From: a virus | Reading direction: 5' to 3' (one strand) | Virus record (IMG/VR): IMGVR_UViG_3300023296_001674 | Length of the DNA stretch: 64,000 bases | Part shown: piece by piece, positions 39,156-47,536 of the stretch | Layout of the letters: each line of letters begins with the position of its first letter | Position numbering within the stretch: position 1 is the stretch's first letter | The notes under the pieces: model-generated | Database searches by the model: none | The model's input: only the letters and a program-made list of their open reading frames with translations | Told to the model about the DNA's origin: nothing | Translations under genes and position numbers: made by a program

Positions 39156-39866
39156 ATGCGTGCATGGGAAATATTAGAGAATGATGATGTATTAAATTTA
39201 AATCCGATAAAAACTGGTGATACCGTTTATGTTGGAAAATTTAAAAATCGCAAAGCTGAAGTAAAGGGGTTTGAAACGGATGATCATGGTCAGCCCGTAC
39301 TCAATACAACCAAAGGAAAGCATAAATTATTTAAACCAAGAATTGATAAACTTAAACCTAAAAACTTGGACGAAGGTAGCCACGAAGACGACGCTGAAGC
39401 CTATGCCGCACAACATGGATTAGAGATCGCTGGATGGGAAGGAAGTGGTGATATGGGTGAGGCTTATGTCACTAATAAGAATACCATTATTAAAGTAACT
39501 ACTGACAAAACTGAAATGGCAATGGCAGCAAAGTTGGTTGGTCAAACATTGTCCAATGTTGCTGATGTATACGATGTTCAAGACCATATTATACATATGG
39601 AATACTTGGACACCACGGGCGTAGATGATGTATATGGTGAAGTATCACAATATGATAACGGTGATGGCGTAGAATACATCGATGCCGATGAACATGAAGG
39701 TATAAGCGAAGAAGCCATAAAAATGATACAAGACCTTAGTTATGGAATACATGAACTTGGTAGGAATGGCATTCAAAATCTTGATATCAAGGATGATAAT
39801 ATCGGCAAGAAACCAAATGGTGATTATGCGATGTTTGATATGTCGGATGCTAAAAGAGGTGCATGA
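39156..39866 (+). CDS. MRAWEILE-leader protein: small beta module plus protein-kinase-like domain
   Basis: GSGDMGEAY (Gly loop), IIKVT, E, MEYL, DIKDDNIG catalytic loop, MFD. Confidence 0.7.
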   Translation: MRAWEILENDDVLNLNPIKTGDTVYVGKFKNRKAEVKGFETDDHGQPVLNTTKGKHKLFKPRIDKLKPKNLDEGSHEDDAEAYAAQHGLEIAGWEGSGDMGEAYVTNKNTIIKVTTDKTEMAMAAKLVGQTLSNVADVYDVQDHIIHMEYLDTTGVDDVYGEVSQYDNGDGVEYIDADEHEGISEEAIKMIQDLSYGIHELGRNGIQNLDIKDDNIGKKPNGDYAMFDMSDAKRGA

Positions 39867-39868
39867 TA

Positions 39869-40789
39869 ATGAGAGCATGGGAACTTTTTGAAAATGAAAT
39901 AAACGTGAAAGTTAAAGATGCGTCAGATACATTTGGTAGAGATGGTGCAGAGCAAGTGTTTTATACTGATACTGCGACAAAATCGCGTATAATAATCGCA
40001 CGTAATCATAGACCTGATGGTTATGCATCAGTTGTGGAATTATTAGTTCCAGAAGAATTTAGAGGGACGGGCATTGGTAAAAAATTATTAGATAGAGCGA
40101 TGCAAGATAATCCAAAGATTATGGGTCAAGTGTCATCAAAAGCGGCGGCAGTTAATGCTTATAAGGCTGGACGTCGACCATATGAGCAACCAGACGCATC
40201 ATTAGATGATGTATTTAAATCGATAGATCAAGATTCGTCGGTTAATCTAATGACTAATGAATCCGCCGCACATTATAATGATTATTTTGATGCTAACGCA
40301 TTAAAAGACCCATCAAAGACAAAATATGGCTCGAATGAAAAACTTATTACGATGACGCCTGATGAATTTTTAAGTATGGCTGAACATATACCGGCTGGTG
40401 CTTCTACTGATAAAGCAGAAAAAGTTAAGGGGTTGATAGATTCTGGTACGAAATTTGATTCTGTGCCACATATAGGCTTTACACATGATGGTAACGGTGT
40501 AGCCACCGCAGTAGGACACGAAGGTCGTCATAGAGTGATGGCACTTAAATCTTTAGGAATAAATGAAATACCAGTATTGTTAACATCTATAGGTGGCGGA
40601 GGTGGCAAAATACGATGGGATCAACAATCAGAAAAGACTCGCGATACAATAGAAGGTGTTTGGCCTACGGTACTTAAAGGCGAAAGTGGTGGTTCTATAA
40701 ACTTTCCAATACCAGATATGAGACAGGCGAATGAATCATTGACAGTTTTGTCGCCACATGATAAATTAACGAACAATAGATACAGTTAA
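39869..40789 (+). CDS. MRAWELFE-leader protein: GNAT acetyltransferase plus ParB/sulfiredoxin-like domain
   Basis: L.VPEEFRGTGIGKKLL..A (GNAT motif A); MTPDEFL ... GHEGRHRVMAL..LG...IPV. Confidence 0.75.
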   Translation: MRAWELFENEINVKVKDASDTFGRDGAEQVFYTDTATKSRIIIARNHRPDGYASVVELLVPEEFRGTGIGKKLLDRAMQDNPKIMGQVSSKAAAVNAYKAGRRPYEQPDASLDDVFKSIDQDSSVNLMTNESAAHYNDYFDANALKDPSKTKYGSNEKLITMTPDEFLSMAEHIPAGASTDKAEKVKGLIDSGTKFDSVPHIGFTHDGNGVATAVGHEGRHRVMALKSLGINEIPVLLTSIGGGGGKIRWDQQSEKTRDTIEGVWPTVLKGESGGSINFPIPDMRQANESLTVLSPHDKLTNNRYS

Positions 40790-40800
40790 AGGATAGTGAT

Positions 40801-42063
40801 ATGAGAGCATGGGAATTATATGAAAATGCAGGCGGCGATGCATTGCCATCAGAACAGATGGATTTGTTTCAGTCGTTGCTGACTAAACCCGTAACGGATA
40901 TTGGCGCGTTGTATAAGAATGCAGGGCATGATTTCCGTTTTGTTGGTGGTAGCGTTCGTGATTTATTTTTAGGTAAAACACCAAAAGATAAAGATTTTTC
41001 CACGACTGCTACACCACAAGAAAGTAGCAAGTTGCTGCGCGATGCAGGATACACCACTATCGAAAACGAAAATCAATTGGCGCATGGAACTATCATTGTT
41101 AAAATCAAAGGCGAAGATGATTTTGAAATCACCACTTTGCGTGCTGATGAAGAAACTGATGGTCGTCATGCGACTGTAAAGTTTGTAACTGATTGGAAAA
41201 CCGATGCAGCAAGACGTGATTTGTCTTATAATGCAATGAGTCTGGATTTGGAAGGCAATCTTTATGATTATTTTCATGGTGTAGATGATTTGAAAAAAGG
41301 AACATCTAATTTTGTTGGCGATTCTGATCAAGATTCTGAGCAACGCGCTACGCGCCGTATTGAAGAAGACTATCTTCGTACACTGCGCTATTTTAGATTC
41401 CAAGGTAGATTGCCAAAACCGCAGTTTGATGAAGGTATTTTAAAAGCAATTAAGAACACTGCGTATGGTTTGAACCAATTGTCTGGTGAGCGCGTTTGGG
41501 ATGAAATGCAAAAAATCTTAAGTGGTGATCATACTCGTAAAATCTTGGATATGATGCATAAAACAACGGTTGATGAGAATATCGGTTTGCCTCTTAGATA
41601 TATTGATAATATTGATGTTGTAAAAAAGCATACCAATAACTCTGCCACAATTTTGGCATCATTGATTAAGGATGAAGATCAGTTGAGAGAAATCGCTTCT
41701 ACTGATGGATGGGCACTGTCTAATACTGCTGAAAACATCATCTTGTTTATTATCAATCATCGTAAAAATGATATGTCTTATACAGATGTGAAAAATATGT
41801 GGTTCAATCCAAAAGTTGATAATATGTATATCAGCGAGTTGATGAAATATATGGGAAAAGATGGAATACTTAATAAATTACATCAAGAGAAGGTTGAAAA
41901 GTTTCCAGTTGCGGGTAAAGATTTAATTGCAGCAGGATTGACACCAGGTCCACAAATGGGCGCATTGTTAAATGATCTTAATAAAGAATGGGTAAAATCT
42001 GGACACACTAAAACTTGGACTGATGATGAAATATTGGATATTGTGAGGAAGGCACAAAAATGA
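40801..42063 (+). CDS. cca: CCA-adding tRNA nucleotidyltransferase with MRAWELYE leader
   Basis: FVGGSVRD..LG..PKD.DF.T, EITTLR, DAARRDL..NAM, RI.EDYLR.LRYFRF, SGERV..E. Confidence 0.92.
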   Translation: MRAWELYENAGGDALPSEQMDLFQSLLTKPVTDIGALYKNAGHDFRFVGGSVRDLFLGKTPKDKDFSTTATPQESSKLLRDAGYTTIENENQLAHGTIIVKIKGEDDFEITTLRADEETDGRHATVKFVTDWKTDAARRDLSYNAMSLDLEGNLYDYFHGVDDLKKGTSNFVGDSDQDSEQRATRRIEEDYLRTLRYFRFQGRLPKPQFDEGILKAIKNTAYGLNQLSGERVWDEMQKILSGDHTRKILDMMHKTTVDENIGLPLRYIDNIDVVKKHTNNSATILASLIKDEDQLREIASTDGWALSNTAENIILFIINHRKNDMSYTDVKNMWFNPKVDNMYISELMKYMGKDGILNKLHQEKVEKFPVAGKDLIAAGLTPGPQMGALLNDLNKEWVKSGHTKTWTDDEILDIVRKAQK

Positions 42064-43142
42064 GAGCATGGGAATTATATGAAAATAGTGATTACGATGG
42101 TGGTGGATGGTTAAATGTGAAATCTAAAACATTTATCCCCACCAAAGGGTGTTATCACGTTCTTGCTATATTTCATAACATGGAAAAATTTGGGTTAACT
42201 CCAGAAAAAATGAAATCTATTCCAGCCTTTTCCAAATGGTTTGAATTGGACTGGGCAAATATAACTGGTAACAACGATCCAGAAGATTTGAAGTCGTGGT
42301 GGATGGATTTAGACCCACATGGCAAGATTCCAACTTTAAGTGGAAATGGGGTAGAACATAATGCGGATGGTAATGAATATTTACTCGACGGTGATATGGA
42401 AATTATTGAATGGATGAATAATCAAGGATGGGTTAGAACAATACGCCATAAAGATATGGGTAAAATGGAAACATCTATTCAAGGTAAAGATTTGAAACAA
42501 ATTCAACGTGCGGCAAATTTTTTTGATAAAGAATATGGAATTGAAACATTATATTATGATACTAATAATTTAAGAGACGGAAAAGAATTAAATGGATATG
42601 AATTAAACCATTTTTTGAAATATGGAAATATTAATTTTAGAAAAATGGATGAAGGTGATATAGTATTATCAAATGCTGAAAAGCAATGGATTAATCCATC
42701 TTCCAAAAATTTGGTGGTTGTTTCATCGACTATGCATCACACACAAATGGCACATGCATCACCTGAAAAGTTCGGACTTTCTGGAAATCTATTTAAAGAT
42801 TATGAATATCCAATAGACGACAATGGAAAACCGGCGCAATTCGATGTTAATGTAGCAACAAAAATGTTTGATGCTGGTTGGGTAAGAACAAGAACATCTG
42901 CCGCTGGGTTTGGTATGGGGGCAGATGTTCATTGCATTGAATTAAACGTCGCCGCTATGGCATTGCGCATGCTTAAAGAAAAATTCAATCATTTATCTGT
43001 AGCCACCATAGAGTTAGGATATGACACCACTCCTACAAATACAACACATGAACTTAGAAACGATGAAAATGGTCGTGGGCCACTTAAGACATTTATGAAA
43101 ACTGGTAAAATCGTAAAGCCGTCTAGGATGAATAATTTTTAA
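42060..43142 (+). CDS. MRAWELYE-leader protein with two internally repeated domains
   Basis: W.N..SK...H...EKFGL...GWVR occurs twice, separated by KMDE. Confidence 0.7.
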   Translation: MRAWELYENSDYDGGGWLNVKSKTFIPTKGCYHVLAIFHNMEKFGLTPEKMKSIPAFSKWFELDWANITGNNDPEDLKSWWMDLDPHGKIPTLSGNGVEHNADGNEYLLDGDMEIIEWMNNQGWVRTIRHKDMGKMETSIQGKDLKQIQRAANFFDKEYGIETLYYDTNNLRDGKELNGYELNHFLKYGNINFRKMDEGDIVLSNAEKQWINPSSKNLVVVSSTMHHTQMAHASPEKFGLSGNLFKDYEYPIDDNGKPAQFDVNVATKMFDAGWVRTRTSAAGFGMGADVHCIELNVAAMALRMLKEKFNHLSVATIELGYDTTPTNTTHELRNDENGRGPLKTFMKTGKIVKPSRMNNF

Positions 43143-43159
43143 AATAAAAGGATAATAAT

Positions 43160-43876
43160 ATGTTATTAATGGCTAATGGGTGTAGCAATACACACGGTAT
43201 GGATTCATATAACGGCGAGGTGTGCGACGAGAATAGGAATCTTGCATTTCCTAAGCATATTGCCGATCATTTTGATATGGATTATCTTAATATAGCACAT
43301 CCATGTGTTAGTAATGAATATATTGCACATACCACTATTGATTGGATCGAAAATTGGATTGAAGACGGTGGCACATGTGAAGAATTGTTTATAGTAATTG
43401 GTTTGACCGCTAGCGTTAGAAAGACGTTAGTTAGTGATGAATATGGAATATATACATGGAATACTGGTGTAAAAAATGGCGGAATTAGTGCATTTACTGC
43501 TGAACAATTTGATATTGTAGAAGATTATTTTAAATTGTGGTTAGAGTGTGATACAAGTTCTGATTATCACAACTCAACAAGTTACCATCACGTTAATTAT
43601 TTGCATTTATATTTGAAAGAAAAAAATATAAAACATTTCATGATCAACACTTGTAATATGTTCACTGATTATTTACCAGAAAATAGACAATATATGAAAA
43701 AATTAGCTACGTATGTAGAATGTGCATCTTATAACGATAGAGGATGTAATATGTATCCATATTACAAAAATTATAAACCCGCCCCTAGAGGACATATAAC
43801 GGGTGAGACACATGGTTTATTAGGTCAAAAATGCATTGAATATATTACAAATCATGAATTATTGATTGACAAATAA
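43160..43876 (+). CDS. SGNH/GDSL-like hydrolase
   Basis: ANGCS.T.G, N.A....SN..I, H.....H. Confidence 0.7.
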   Translation: MLLMANGCSNTHGMDSYNGEVCDENRNLAFPKHIADHFDMDYLNIAHPCVSNEYIAHTTIDWIENWIEDGGTCEELFIVIGLTASVRKTLVSDEYGIYTWNTGVKNGGISAFTAEQFDIVEDYFKLWLECDTSSDYHNSTSYHHVNYLHLYLKEKNIKHFMINTCNMFTDYLPENRQYMKKLATYVECASYNDRGCNMYPYYKNYKPAPRGHITGETHGLLGQKCIEYITNHELLIDK

Positions 43877-43916
43877 CACCAGCATGATATAATCTATTTT
43901 TGATGAAGGATTAATA

Positions 43917-44726
43917 TCATGGGCGATTTTTACAGTTCTCATTGTGCCATCGATTTAGATTCCCCAAATTCGCCTCTTTATCACAATATTTACATTTTAT
44001 CTTGATATGTTTTTTGCCATAAAAGCCATTTTTTTCGCCTTTGGTTGCTTCGCTTAACTTTTTTCTTGTTTCTTCAGAAGCATGTTTGCCTTTTTTTGCT
44101 TCACTCATTTTTTTAAGAATTTCATCAGAATAAACATCGGTTCTTCCTTTATTCCATGGTATACAATTCTTATGTGCGTCGCTTTGTTTTTTACGAGTTT
44201 CTGTTGATGTCGATTTGCCATAATTGGGATTTTTCACACCTTTGGTTGCTTTACTTATTTTTTGTTTAGTTTTCTCAGAATGATAGTTGCCTTTCGATGC
44301 TTCACGCATTCTTTTAATAGATTTTTTTGTGTGCTTTCTACCCTTGAGTGCTTTGCTTATTTTTTTACAAGTTTCGTTTGAATGTGATTTTCCTTTTTGT
44401 GATTCGTTTAGATTTTTTCTATTTACTTCATATAATTTTGCATTAATATATCTTTTATGTTTATTTTTATTTGACACGCCCATCATATTAAACGCAAATA
44501 TCATTTTACGCTTATTATTCCCTTCGGTGAATTTTGTTAATAGACAATGACAAATGAAATGCTCACGGGCAGTCAGGATGGCGATGTTGATTTTATCATT
44601 ATTTCCACCTAAAGATTTTGGTATAATGTGATGTTTTTCGGTATAGATATTTTCTGATAATGTTCTTGACTTAGCACTATTGATTATATTATAATACCAC
44701 TTGGTATATTTATTTTGTAAATACAT
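43917..44726 (-). CDS. HNH homing endonuclease with NUMOD3 repeats
   Basis: EKHHIIPKSLGG.N...N...LT.REHF.CH; H..ET..KIS repeats. Confidence 0.9.
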   Translation of the reverse strand: MYLQNKYTKWYYNIINSAKSRTLSENIYTEKHHIIPKSLGGNNDKINIAILTAREHFICHCLLTKFTEGNNKRKMIFAFNMMGVSNKNKHKRYINAKLYEVNRKNLNESQKGKSHSNETCKKISKALKGRKHTKKSIKRMREASKGNYHSEKTKQKISKATKGVKNPNYGKSTSTETRKKQSDAHKNCIPWNKGRTDVYSDEILKKMSEAKKGKHASEETRKKLSEATKGEKNGFYGKKHIKIKCKYCDKEANLGNLNRWHNENCKNRP

Positions 44727-44865
44727 ATGCTGTAACTCCGTTTAGTTATAGTGTAGTTGGATGTTGGAAGCATCGTGAACTACATTAGTATTTATCATAA
44801 TTCCTTGACAAATTTGCTTCACTGGGGTATTATTAGTCAGTATTTTTTATTGAAGGATATTTGTT

Positions 44866-45765
44866 ATGGGTGGAAATGCATTTAAATCATTAGAGTTATC
44901 AAGAATCAATCGCGATGATGTTGCGGCTACGGTGGAGTATATTGTCAAAATTTTGGATATTGATGGTTTCACTAAAGAATATGCAATGTCATCATTAATG
45001 GGAAGTACCGGAAAATCTAAAAATAGCGGCGATATAGATTTTTGTATGAATACGCATGAAGCACAGTTCATCGATGATGATGTGCGTCCGATATTTGACA
45101 AGCACGCAATGTTAAAGCGGTTGCGCGAAGTATTACCAGTGGAACGAGTTAATACGCAGACTTTAAAAATGGGAAATATTATGACTGTTTTTCCGATTGC
45201 AAGCAACGAAGCTAATGGGCTTATTCAGGTCGATTTTGTATTTGGTCATTTTGACCTATTGCAGTTTACCCATTATAGCCCAGGTGAGGAATCAGAGTTC
45301 CGGGGTGTGTTTATTAGTCAATCTTTCGGAATTTTAGCAAAGATGCTTCATAAATATTACGATGCAACTGACCCTGAAACTGGCGAACGAACAGGTCGTG
45401 TAGGATTGCATCTAAATCTTGAACAAGGATTGTATTGTCGTTGGGAATCGCGCCGTAAACCAGGAATGGGCTGTAGTGTAACTACGGCAGACGAATTTGA
45501 AACAAGATTTGATTGTCCTAGATATCCACGACTTGGATATATTACAAATCCTGATGTAATTGTTTCAATTATTCTCGGCGATGATGTGACACACAGCCAA
45601 GTGAATACATTTGAGAAAATTGTCGAATATGTTCGGGTGAATTTACCTGATCGGTATGAAGAATATTATGAACGGTTCATGATGTCTGCTGGTGGTTCAA
45701 GTATCGCCAAGCAAAACGGTTATGATCCAGATGATATCGCAAATCATCCAATTTGGAAAAGATAA
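44866..45765 (+). CDS. Pol-beta-fold nucleotidyltransferase-like protein
   Basis: MGGNAF, GSTGK...SGDID, IQVDF; TTGACA-17-TATTAT promoter near 44805. Confidence 0.65.
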   Translation: MGGNAFKSLELSRINRDDVAATVEYIVKILDIDGFTKEYAMSSLMGSTGKSKNSGDIDFCMNTHEAQFIDDDVRPIFDKHAMLKRLREVLPVERVNTQTLKMGNIMTVFPIASNEANGLIQVDFVFGHFDLLQFTHYSPGEESEFRGVFISQSFGILAKMLHKYYDATDPETGERTGRVGLHLNLEQGLYCRWESRRKPGMGCSVTTADEFETRFDCPRYPRLGYITNPDVIVSIILGDDVTHSQVNTFEKIVEYVRVNLPDRYEEYYERFMMSAGGSSIAKQNGYDPDDIANHPIWKR

Positions 45766-45800
45766 AGGGTGGCAAACGTGCCACCCTTTGTTAATTAAAT

Positions 45801-46025
45801 TTACTTACAACTGGTGCAAGTGCATGGATTGCATGTGCAATCTGGACATTCGCATAATCCTTCAGATACAAACAAATTAAGTTTGTTGGCTTCTGACATT
45901 ATTTCTTCCATTGATGGTTCATAATTTGCAGGTTGTATGCCGATGCCGATAACTATTCTATTACTTAATGTAGTAGCGACAAGTTGTAATAATTCTAGAC
46001 GGATTTCGTAGGGAGTTTTACTCAT
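45801..46025 (-). CDS. Small protein with metallothionein-like Cys tail
   Basis: MSKTPYEIRLELL... ends CECPDCTCNPCTCTSCK; GAGGA RBS. Confidence 0.7.
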   Translation of the reverse strand: MSKTPYEIRLELLQLVATTLSNRIVIGIGIQPANYEPSMEEIMSEANKLNLFVSEGLCECPDCTCNPCTCTSCK

Positions 46026-46082
46026 AATATATTTCCTCATTGTGTGTTTGTGTGTATGAATGTCTAATGCATTCATTACTAT

Positions 46083-46952
46083 TTAGTCGGGAAATATACT
46101 ATCGGCTATTGATTTTGCTTCCATTTTCTCAGATACATGCTTCAACCTTTCTTCGGCTAATAAAACATATTCTGGATTGAGTTCAAAACCAATGAAATTT
46201 CTACCCATTTCTTTGGCTACTGCTGCGGTTGTGCCGCTACCCATAAACGGATCAAGAACTATGCCATCTTTTGGACAGCCAGCATCTATTGGATCATGTA
46301 AAAGTTCAGGTGGAAAAACTGCGGTATGTGATCCTGCATATTGACCTGTGTTGATACTCCATACAGTGCGTTTGTTTCTTGTATTACCATCAGCACCAAT
46401 TTCTAATTGCTGCTTGAATGCATATTTTTTATTTTTTACAAAAAAGAAGATGGGTTCGTAATCACGTGTAAATCTATCTTTAACTGTTTCAGGTTTTACA
46501 TTTGGCTTATGCCATATTATTTGATTTCGCAAAGTCCAATTTTGACTTTTTATCATTTCAATAGCGAATCGTTCTGGAATCATCATTAATGATTTTGCAT
46601 TAACATCTTCATCTATGTCAGGTTTCTTATCAAAGGTAAAACTTTCTTTAGACTTATCTGTCTCTTCCGTTCTGCCACCCCAAGCCCCTTTTCCACTACC
46701 TGCGTATGTGTCACCAATGTTAACCCAACACGTTCCAGTAGGCTTTAAAACGCGATGTATTTTATCAAATAAAACCATGAGTTTTTCAACAAATAGATCG
46801 GCAGTTTTTTCTAATCCGATTTGTGTATCAGTTCCATAGTCGCGCAAAGCCCAATATGGAGGAGACGTGATAACGCAATCAATGGATTCATCATCTAATA
46901 AATCTAACCCATCAAAGCAATCTATATTATGTATTTTGTTTATTTCAATCAT
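46083..46952 (-). CDS. Orphan DNA amino-methyltransferase (beta class, likely N4-C)
   Basis: TSPPY motif IV precedes LDPFMGSGTT motif I. Confidence 0.92.
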   Translation of the reverse strand: MIEINKIHNIDCFDGLDLLDDESIDCVITSPPYWALRDYGTDTQIGLEKTADLFVEKLMVLFDKIHRVLKPTGTCWVNIGDTYAGSGKGAWGGRTEETDKSKESFTFDKKPDIDEDVNAKSLMMIPERFAIEMIKSQNWTLRNQIIWHKPNVKPETVKDRFTRDYEPIFFFVKNKKYAFKQQLEIGADGNTRNKRTVWSINTGQYAGSHTAVFPPELLHDPIDAGCPKDGIVLDPFMGSGTTAAVAKEMGRNFIGFELNPEYVLLAEERLKHVSEKMEAKSIADSIFPD

Positions 46953-46988
46953 GGCGCAATTATACTATGGCGCAGACGGTAAGTCAAA

Positions 46989-47438
46989 TTACTTTAGATT
47001 TACATAAAGTGCGCCACTGCCACCATGATGTGGTGCAGCGATAGACCAAGAACGTGCTATATTTGATACTTCCAACCATAGAGGTACTTTTCGTTTCAAT
47101 ATTCCTGCCCCATCGCCACCTTTTCCATGACCCTTGCCAGTTATAACAAGAACACGATTAGAACCACGCATTTTTTCCGTGCATAAGAACGTTTCTAATG
47201 CTTTGTGTGCCTCGTTTCTTGTCATACCATGGAGATCAAGTTTAGCATCGTAACTATTACGGGACTTTTTGATCTTTTTGCGTTCAGAGATTTTAACAGT
47301 GTTATCGATATAATCATTTATATCAATTATTGGTGGACTTTTATATCCAGGAGACGCAGGACTGCCTACTGGAGATATGTTCTTTACATACTCTTTCCAC
47401 AGTTTCAAGTCGGCTCTTGTTATTTTTTTATCCATCAT
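46989..47438 (-). CDS. Smr/MutS2 domain endonuclease
   Basis: LDLHGMT..EA..AL, VITGKG, G.LK..VP.WL, HGGSGALYV. Confidence 0.92.
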   Translation of the reverse strand: MMDKKITRADLKLWKEYVKNISPVGSPASPGYKSPPIIDINDYIDNTVKISERKKIKKSRNSYDAKLDLHGMTRNEAHKALETFLCTEKMRGSNRVLVITGKGHGKGGDGAGILKRKVPLWLEVSNIARSWSIAAPHHGGSGALYVNLK

Positions 47439-47536
47439 GGTTATATTTATTACATTATATTATCATTTTGTCAAGAAAAACCTTGACGATTGTGCTATTT
47501 TGATATAATATATGCATAATTATAAAGGAGTGTAAT

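Noticed and set aside
36490-42083. 24-nt repeats as a CRISPR array
   Set aside because: Spacing is about 1-3 kb, repeats are in-frame gene starts, and there are no cas genes
46083-46952. Restriction-modification system
   Set aside because: No cognate restriction endonuclease adjacent; an orphan protective methylase is more likely
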